From positions 69,573-133,572 of the forward strand of contig JAYPVM010000004.1 in assembly GCA_038134595.1 (NCBI GenBank): a stretch of DNA of 64,000 bases, read 5' to 3'. Source of the stretch: Pseudomonadota bacterium (GTDB lineage Bacteria > Bdellovibrionota_C > UBA2361 > OMII01). The position numbers were made by a program, and so were the translations under genes. Below, in pieces: positions 57,857 to 64,000 of this stretch. Position 1 is the first letter of the stretch. Each line of letters begins with the position of its first letter. The notes beneath the pieces were generated by a model. That model was not told where the DNA came from. It worked only from the letters and a program-made list of their open reading frames with translations, and did not search any database.

Positions 57857-60800
57857 CTAGTCCTTGGGGCTCTCTGGGAGTGGACTAAACAAACTTTCGA
57901 GATCTCTCTTGGTAAGCTTAACGGTGGACAGTCCATTTTCATTGATTAAGGCATCGACAAGCTGCGATTTTTTGGCTTTAAGCGCCATAATCTTCTGTTC
58001 GACTGAATCCTCGGTTACTAGTCTGTATACTGATACGGCTTTGTTTTGTCCGATTCTATGTGCTCTATCGACCGCTTGGCTTTCGACCGCAGGATTCCAC
58101 CACGGATCGTATATGATCACCGTGTCGGCTGCCATGAGGTTTAATCCTGCACCGCCTGCCTTTAGGCTAATTAAAAATAGTCGAACGGATTCGTCATCTG
58201 TAAAGCGGTCGATAAGGTCCTGTCTGTCCTTAGTTGCACCGTCAAGGTAGAGATGACTCGTTCCGATTTCCTCGAGCCAGGAGCGTATTATTGAAAGCAT
58301 CCCCCGGAATTGACTAAACAGGAGTATCTTTCTGCCGGATTCTAGAGCTTCAAGCACAACATCCTTTAGTAAATTGAACTTTCCAGAGTCAAAGCCGGGC
58401 AGTTCAGAGAAGGCGTCGATTGAATTGGGATGATTGCATACCTGTCGTAGTCGTAGGAGCGCTGCTAAAATTGAAACGCTCGCGCCCGGGATGCCTTTTT
58501 TGTTGATGGCGTCAAAAACTTTCGGTCGAACTTCATTGAGTATTTGGTTGTAGAGGTGCTTCTGGCTCGGTGTCATCTCGACATGCAGCTCTGATTCTAT
58601 CTTGGGCGGCAACTCTTTTTCTACTTCGGCCTTTAATCTTCGAAGTATAAAAGGACGCGTCTTCGCGTTCAGCATGCTAGCAATTTCACCGGACGTACCC
58701 CCCTCAAGAATTGGTCGTTCAATGTTGGAGCGGAAAAATTCCTGTGAACCAAGATAGCCCGGCATTAGGAAATCCATAATCGACCAGAGTTCCATAGGAC
58801 GATTTTCGGTGGGAGTACCAGTGAGAGCCAATCGGTGTTCTGCTCGGAGGGCTTTCGCCGCTTTGGTTGTCGTCGCTAGCGGGTTTTTGATGTTCTGAGC
58901 CTCGTCGAGAACCAGATAGGAAAACTCTTGTCTTTCGAGTTCGTACCGATCGAGGCGTAGAAGAGCATATGAGGTTAATACAAAATCAAATGAGGCAATG
59001 TCATTGAAGTGAGCCTTACGACCCGGACCATGAAGCATCAAAACTGAGGAGTTGGGGGTGAATTTCTTGATCTCGTAACTCCAGTTGGTGATAACTGATG
59101 TTGGAGCAACAATGAGTACTGGTTTTCCGCCTGTTTTTCTCCTTCGTTTATCTTTGAGTGCCTGAAAAAATGCTAGTGTTTGTACCGTTTTTCCAAGTCC
59201 CATTTCATCCGCAAGGATTCCACTTAATTGAAATTCATGTAAGAAATTTAGCCAGCTAATTCCATCTTCTTGGTAATGGCGTAATGTGCCTGTAAAACCC
59301 TTTGTGGCTTTGACTCGTTTGACCTCCGAGAAGGAGGATAGTTTTTCGTTGAGGGCGCTTAGATTCTTATCGAGAGAGACGGAGAAGCCGGAATCGTTTA
59401 TCCGACTTAAGCTAATGGCTTGTGCTAATGAAAGTTGCGTTTTAATCGTGTTGCTAACCCGACAATTTGGGTCGATCATCCCGAGAACTGATTTCAATTG
59501 TGCAACGCTACCCCCTGGCACTCGAGCATAAGCACCGTTGTCTAACCTGGTCCACCGATCTGAATCGTGCTTCACGTTCTTGAATACCGAGGATATCGGT
59601 AGGTTGGCATTGTTTTGAACGACGGATATTTTGCAGTCGAACCAGTCTATTGATGATGTCTGGGGTTGTTTTTTCTTCGATTCTGGCGATGGTTTTGCTT
59701 CCGAAGTATTGGCCTGTGTTGAAAGGGATACGGCTACGTTTAGAGATGCAAACTTAACGCTTTTTCGGATGGCATCAAATCCGTTTAGTTTCCAGTCTTG
59801 TTTAAACTGCAGGTAGCCTTCGTGGATAAAATCAAGGGCATGGTCCCCTGAGATGAGATATCTGCGATTTTCTGAAAGTCCGGAGAAGCCGGTTCGAAGT
59901 AGCAGGGCTATGCACTCGTTTTCGTATGTTCTATCTCGGATATAGAGCGTGTTTGAGTTGGAGCGCGGACGAGGGTACTCGAAATCAAGTATGGCGAATA
60001 ATTCAAGGCTTCGATTAGATGTGAAGTGATCGGAGACAACATTTCTTTTCTCAATGTGCAACACGGCAGTCGGCTCTTTTACTTCAACCTTAGGTTGCCT
60101 GTCTTCATTGATGATTCGAATGGTATTTCCATCTTCATCGGCGATATCAATGAGTGCTTCGATAATTGGACCAGCTTGTGTAATCGGAATTGAGAAGGTG
60201 TTAGATGTGCCAAAAATCGAAGCTATTCGACCAGCTTGGGGAGATAAGCGGTGGATGGTGTGATCGATTGTGGTCCAAAAAGGGCCAGTGCCGAAGATGT
60301 CGTGTTCCCGTGGTATTTCAGAGGTTTTGTTGCCTTCGGATCGAACCCAGTTCATCGATAATTCAAGGGTGTCTTTTAACCACGTCAGTATAAGAACAGC
60401 ATGCAGCGGCTGTTTGCTTATGCGGATCGGATGAAGGGTGCTGACAGAAAGAATAGAATCGTACTCTTGAATTAGCCCCAAGACAATTTCAATGCCGTTA
60501 CTTGAATTGATATACCAGGTTCTTGACCCGTCATCCCACGAGCCCTCATCCTCCAGGATTTGAAGGAGAATGTTGTCAAGGGCTCTGCTGGAGGTTCTCT
60601 TGAACCCATCAAAAATGGATGGCTCTTGCTCTTGATCGTCAAAGGCAACACGAATACCCAGTCTATCGCTTGATAGATCCATGAGTATCGAAACTAGTGG
60701 CGTATACGCTTTGCCTACGCCCTGAAGGGAGCTTTCTGCCGAGCTTGCTTCCGATGTAAACGCATGGAGATCTCGAATTGCGGTGGCAACATCTACTGGA

Positions 60801-61168
60801 GAGTTGGGATTCACTCGAAATGTTGCTTCTCGTTCAGAAAATCCTCCGTTTGGATCGAAGAAATCTAATTCGGATGCTCGGACCAAGATGGCGATCGCGT
60901 GCGGACACCATTGTTCAGCCATCTCAGTGCGAGAGCAGCACGAGCATGAGGCTTCTACTTCGCTCGAAGAGATTACCGACAGCGTTATCGAAAAGGTGTT
61001 GTCGTCATCTTCTTTAACGATGCCAGTGATGAGGTGTCCTGCACAACTACACTCTGGTATGAGGTTGAGGGCAACGAGGTTCATTCCTTTCTCAACAACT
61101 GAAAATGGAGCAAGTTTTTTGATGTGAGAGAGGATCTTAGTTCGAACGGGAGATTGTGAGCCTAGCAT
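57857..61168 (-). CDS. SNF2-family helicase with N-terminal SWIM zinc finger
   Basis: CSC...CPH, LRHYQ, LADEMGLGKT, DEAQ, TGTP.EN, QAVDRAHRIGQ. Confidence 0.93.
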   Translation of the reverse strand: MLGSQSPVRTKILSHIKKLAPFSVVEKGMNLVALNLIPECSCAGHLITGIVKEDDDNTFSITLSVISSSEVEASCSCCSRTEMAEQWCPHAIAILVRASELDFFDPNGGFSEREATFRVNPNSPVDVATAIRDLHAFTSEASSAESSLQGVGKAYTPLVSILMDLSSDRLGIRVAFDDQEQEPSIFDGFKRTSSRALDNILLQILEDEGSWDDGSRTWYINSSNGIEIVLGLIQEYDSILSVSTLHPIRISKQPLHAVLILTWLKDTLELSMNWVRSEGNKTSEIPREHDIFGTGPFWTTIDHTIHRLSPQAGRIASIFGTSNTFSIPITQAGPIIEALIDIADEDGNTIRIINEDRQPKVEVKEPTAVLHIEKRNVVSDHFTSNRSLELFAILDFEYPRPRSNSNTLYIRDRTYENECIALLLRTGFSGLSENRRYLISGDHALDFIHEGYLQFKQDWKLNGFDAIRKSVKFASLNVAVSLSTQANTSEAKPSPESKKKQPQTSSIDWFDCKISVVQNNANLPISSVFKNVKHDSDRWTRLDNGAYARVPGGSVAQLKSVLGMIDPNCRVSNTIKTQLSLAQAISLSRINDSGFSVSLDKNLSALNEKLSSFSEVKRVKATKGFTGTLRHYQEDGISWLNFLHEFQLSGILADEMGLGKTVQTLAFFQALKDKRRRKTGGKPVLIVAPTSVITNWSYEIKKFTPNSSVLMLHGPGRKAHFNDIASFDFVLTSYALLRLDRYELERQEFSYLVLDEAQNIKNPLATTTKAAKALRAEHRLALTGTPTENRPMELWSIMDFLMPGYLGSQEFFRSNIERPILEGGTSGEIASMLNAKTRPFILRRLKAEVEKELPPKIESELHVEMTPSQKHLYNQILNEVRPKVFDAINKKGIPGASVSILAALLRLRQVCNHPNSIDAFSELPGFDSGKFNLLKDVVLEALESGRKILLFSQFRGMLSIIRSWLEEIGTSHLYLDGATKDRQDLIDRFTDDESVRLFLISLKAGGAGLNLMAADTVIIYDPWWNPAVESQAVDRAHRIGQNKAVSVYRLVTEDSVEQKIMALKAKKSQLVDALINENGLSTVKLTKRDLESLFSPLPESPKD

Positions 61169-61466
61169 TGCGGTATAGTATCATAAAATTTGTGCGTTAG
61201 CAGGGGGCTAATAGCAAAAACTACCCCTTGGTGCCTTCGACCATCAGTTACTTGAAATCGGATAGAAAGTATAGGGGAAGGAGCGCAGAGCAGCAAGGTT
61301 TGAAGCCTTGATGAGATTGCTTAGATTGCACAGAGGGGAGTGGCTTGCATTTGAAAGCGATTGAATCGGGATCTTGTTCGTATTGGGAATAAATCCTCTT
61401 AATTCATGACCTTTTTCGCTTTAGTATCTTCCGTTTGTGTAGTTGTCAGAGTAGCATGAGGTCGTT

Positions 61467-62693
61467 ATGCAAGAGTGTTCGTTTCCGAGAAAAAAGATAA
61501 ACATCCTTCTTTTGGAAGGAATTCATGATGCGTGCGTTGATAATTTTGCTCAGGCTGGCTATAGCGCTACGCGGATAGACACTGCCATGAGCGAGCAAGA
61601 GCTCTTAGAGGCTATTGGCTCGGTGCATATTTTGGGTGTTCGCTCAAAAACAACAGTGACATCGAAGGTTTTGGCGGAAGCAAAAAACTTACTGGCAATC
61701 GGTTGTTTTTGTATCGGTACGGATCAGGTGGCCCTCGAGGCGAGTACTGATAGGGGGGTTCCGGTTTTCAATGCTCCATTTAGTAATACAAGAAGTGTTG
61801 CAGAATTGACGATCGCAGAAATTGTAATGTTGGCCAGAAAGGCGGCGCATAAAAGCAAGCTTTTGCATGAGGGAACGTGGGACAAATCTGCCTCAGGGTG
61901 TTGCGAAGTAAGAAACAAGAGTGTTGGCATTGTGGGCTATGGGCACATCGGCCCTCAGGTGGGATTACTAGCTGAAGCTCTCGGGATGAGGGTCTACTAC
62001 TATGACGTGGTGAATAAGCTTCCCTTAGGTAATGCAACGCCCGTTAGTTCTTTGGAAGAATTGTGTCGTGTCAGTGATTTCATCACTCTCCATGTCCCAG
62101 AAACCCCCGAGACAATCAATATGATTTCCGAGCAACAGATTGGGTGGATGAGAGATGGGAGTTATCTTCTTAATCTTAGTCGAGGCCGAGTGGTAGATCT
62201 TGATGCGCTCAAGGTGGCATTGTTGGCAGAGAAGCTTGCCGGAGCGGCCATAGACGTATATCCAAATGAGCCGCGCTCGAACGGAGAGTTGTTTCATTGC
62301 AGCTTAAGTGGACTACCGAATGTAATTCTCACGCCTCATATCGGCGGTAGCACACTTGAGGCGCAACGGAACATTGGTTTGGAGGTGTCATCAACATTGA
62401 TAAAATACATTGAGACCGGAAGCACCACTGGAGCGGTTAACTTCCCGGCAGTAGAATTGCCGATAGTTAGGGATAGCCATCGAGTTCTTAATATACACCG
62501 CAACGTCCCTGGAGTACTGGGAGTTATCAATTCGATTATAGCTGAGCGAGGCGGTAATATTCGGGCCCAGTATCTAGAGACGCGTGGAAGTGTTGGGTAC
62601 CTTATCATCGATATCGACCGCGATATATCTTCAGTCGTTAAAGAGGATATCGATAGTTTAGAGACGAGTATCAAGACGCGAATTGTGTACTAG
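61467..62693 (+). CDS. serA: D-3-phosphoglycerate dehydrogenase
   Basis: GCFCIGTDQV, NAPFSNTRSVAE, GYGHIG, TPHIGGST, ACT domain HRNVPG. Confidence 0.96.
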   Translation: MQECSFPRKKINILLLEGIHDACVDNFAQAGYSATRIDTAMSEQELLEAIGSVHILGVRSKTTVTSKVLAEAKNLLAIGCFCIGTDQVALEASTDRGVPVFNAPFSNTRSVAELTIAEIVMLARKAAHKSKLLHEGTWDKSASGCCEVRNKSVGIVGYGHIGPQVGLLAEALGMRVYYYDVVNKLPLGNATPVSSLEELCRVSDFITLHVPETPETINMISEQQIGWMRDGSYLLNLSRGRVVDLDALKVALLAEKLAGAAIDVYPNEPRSNGELFHCSLSGLPNVILTPHIGGSTLEAQRNIGLEVSSTLIKYIETGSTTGAVNFPAVELPIVRDSHRVLNIHRNVPGVLGVINSIIAERGGNIRAQYLETRGSVGYLIIDIDRDISSVVKEDIDSLETSIKTRIVY

Positions 62694-62715
62694 TAAAACG
62701 GTTTGAATTAGATAG

Positions 62716-64000
62716 ATGACAGCGGCTGTAATTGGCGGAGGAATAGCAGGGCTGATGGCAGCCTATGAGCTCACTAAAGTGGGAGAGCGTCCGTATCTAG
62801 TTGATCCTGGCCCTTTGGGTGGAGTGATTCGATCTTCATTGCATAACGGGTATACGCTCGAGCTTGGTCCAAACGTACTGGTAGAGCGTCCAGAGATAAA
62901 GGCGCTCATTGCAGAACTAGGTTTGCAGAGTTCTGTCGTCTATCCACGGGTCGAAAATTATGGTCAGTATGTCTGGTATGACAATAAGCCAACGAGAGCG
63001 CCGCGTGGGCTCTGGGAGTTGTTTGCTAGTCCTCTTATGTCTACTGCTAGTAAGTGTGCACTCCCTTTTCGGTTGGTGCTTCCCGGGGTATTGCGGGCTA
63101 AATCTGCCGATTGTTCAGTAGAAAACTTTTTTGCTCCACTGGTGGGAATGCACGCCGTTCACTCGTTAGTCGATCCTGTTTTGAAGGGGATTTACGGAGG
63201 CGATGTTGAGCGATTGAGCGCCCGGAGTCTTTTTCCCAATCTTTGGAGAGCCGCTCGGCAGAGAAAATCAGTAGTCGGGTTTATGCTCTCTCGCCAACGA
63301 AAGGGAAAACCTCCCGTATTTGTTTTAAAAGGAGGATTAGATAGCCTGACTCGTAAGCTATGGAGCTCAATTGAGCCTCATGTAGAACATGTTCGAGAAC
63401 GGGTGAAAAGGATATTCCCGCTTCAGGATGCACGATACTCGATTCTTTTAGAATCTGGCAGACGTTTAGAGGTAGATGGCTGTGTTCTTGCAACTGGCGG
63501 AAAAACATTGCAGGGACTAGTGCCTGCGCTCTCAGAAACATTGGCGGAGCGACTCGAAGAGATGCATTTTGCAGATCTTACAGTCATGCACTTCGCAGTG
63601 CCACAGGATGCTAATCTTATTGAGGATGCATTTGGAGTGTTGTTTCCCGGAGGGCAGAGCCATAATTTACTTGGGGTGATGTTTAACTCGATGTTGTTTC
63701 CGCATGTTGCCCCCAAGGACAAGCATGTTCTAACTGTAGTGCTTGGAGGGGCACAGGCCAATAATGAACCCTCCAATGAAGAGACGCTCAGACAGGAGGT
63801 CCCTCAATTGTTGGAAAGACTCTTGGGTATAAAGGGCTTTGAGTTTTTGTTATACACTCATTGGCCCCATGCTATCCCACAGCTGGAGTTGGGCCATTAT
63901 GAAGTGGTGGCCGAGATGAACCGATGCGAGGAGAGTCATCCAGGGATCGTGTTTGCGGGCGTTGCTCGTGGGGGGATTGGAGTGTCTGATCGTATTCGAG
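62716..64000 (+). CDS. hemY: Protoporphyrinogen/coproporphyrinogen oxidase, HemY/HemG flavoprotein (partial, runs off the window end)
   Basis: Absent from the ORF track. MTAAVIGGGIAGL.AAY, LGGVIRS, ELGPN, GIYGGD, W..AIPQ, GGIGV. Confidence 0.88.
   Translation, partial: MTAAVIGGGIAGLMAAYELTKVGERPYLVDPGPLGGVIRSSLHNGYTLELGPNVLVERPEIKALIAELGLQSSVVYPRVENYGQYVWYDNKPTRAPRGLWELFASPLMSTASKCALPFRLVLPGVLRAKSADCSVENFFAPLVGMHAVHSLVDPVLKGIYGGDVERLSARSLFPNLWRAARQRKSVVGFMLSRQRKGKPPVFVLKGGLDSLTRKLWSSIEPHVEHVRERVKRIFPLQDARYSILLESGRRLEVDGCVLATGGKTLQGLVPALSETLAERLEEMHFADLTVMHFAVPQDANLIEDAFGVLFPGGQSHNLLGVMFNSMLFPHVAPKDKHVLTVVLGGAQANNEPSNEETLRQEVPQLLERLLGIKGFEFLLYTHWPHAIPQLELGHYEVVAEMNRCEESHPGIVFAGVARGGIGVSDRIR

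Noticed and set aside
1..64000. CRISPR array, IS element, integrase or prophage; also the many short antisense ORFs in the track
   Set aside because: No regularly spaced repeats and no transposase, recombinase or phage motifs were seen. The short ORFs overlap well-supported genes.

Overview
Chromosomal, mostly housekeeping window from a Gram-negative bacterium. The gene content suggests a deltaproteobacterial or Bdellovibrionota-like lineage (inference only). About 50 CDS are supported, including typA, fliG, cysS, leuA, holB, lnt, eno, ftsB, dciA, rsmD, tdk, a dispersed 2-oxoacid dehydrogenase set (fused E1, E2, lpdA, lipB), arfB, a metB-like gene, tatA, rlmB, scpA-scpB-rluB, ihfA, a SNF2 helicase, serA and a partial hemY/hemG. 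Several large ORFans are interspersed. I saw no transposase, integrase or CRISPR array. The non-coding content is the most interesting part. (1) A ~410-nt intergenic stretch (56646-57056) downstream of an atypical initiator tRNA contains over a dozen mostly nested stems, a candidate large ornate ncRNA. (2) A SAM-I riboswitch with terminator sits before a plant-type cystathionine gamma-synthase. (3) An unannotated, apparently leaderless Leu-rich leader peptide with alternative hairpins sits before leuA. (4) Two tandem 5'-half tRNA-Leu(UAA) remnants lie next to typA. Protein-level oddities are an orphan VirD4-like coupling protein with an extra C-terminal domain, a MotAB/ZorAB-like pair, an orphan FliG, a split AmgK/RapZ-CTD pair and an Egghead-like GT2. 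All calls come from reading motifs by eye; no searches or folding programs were run.
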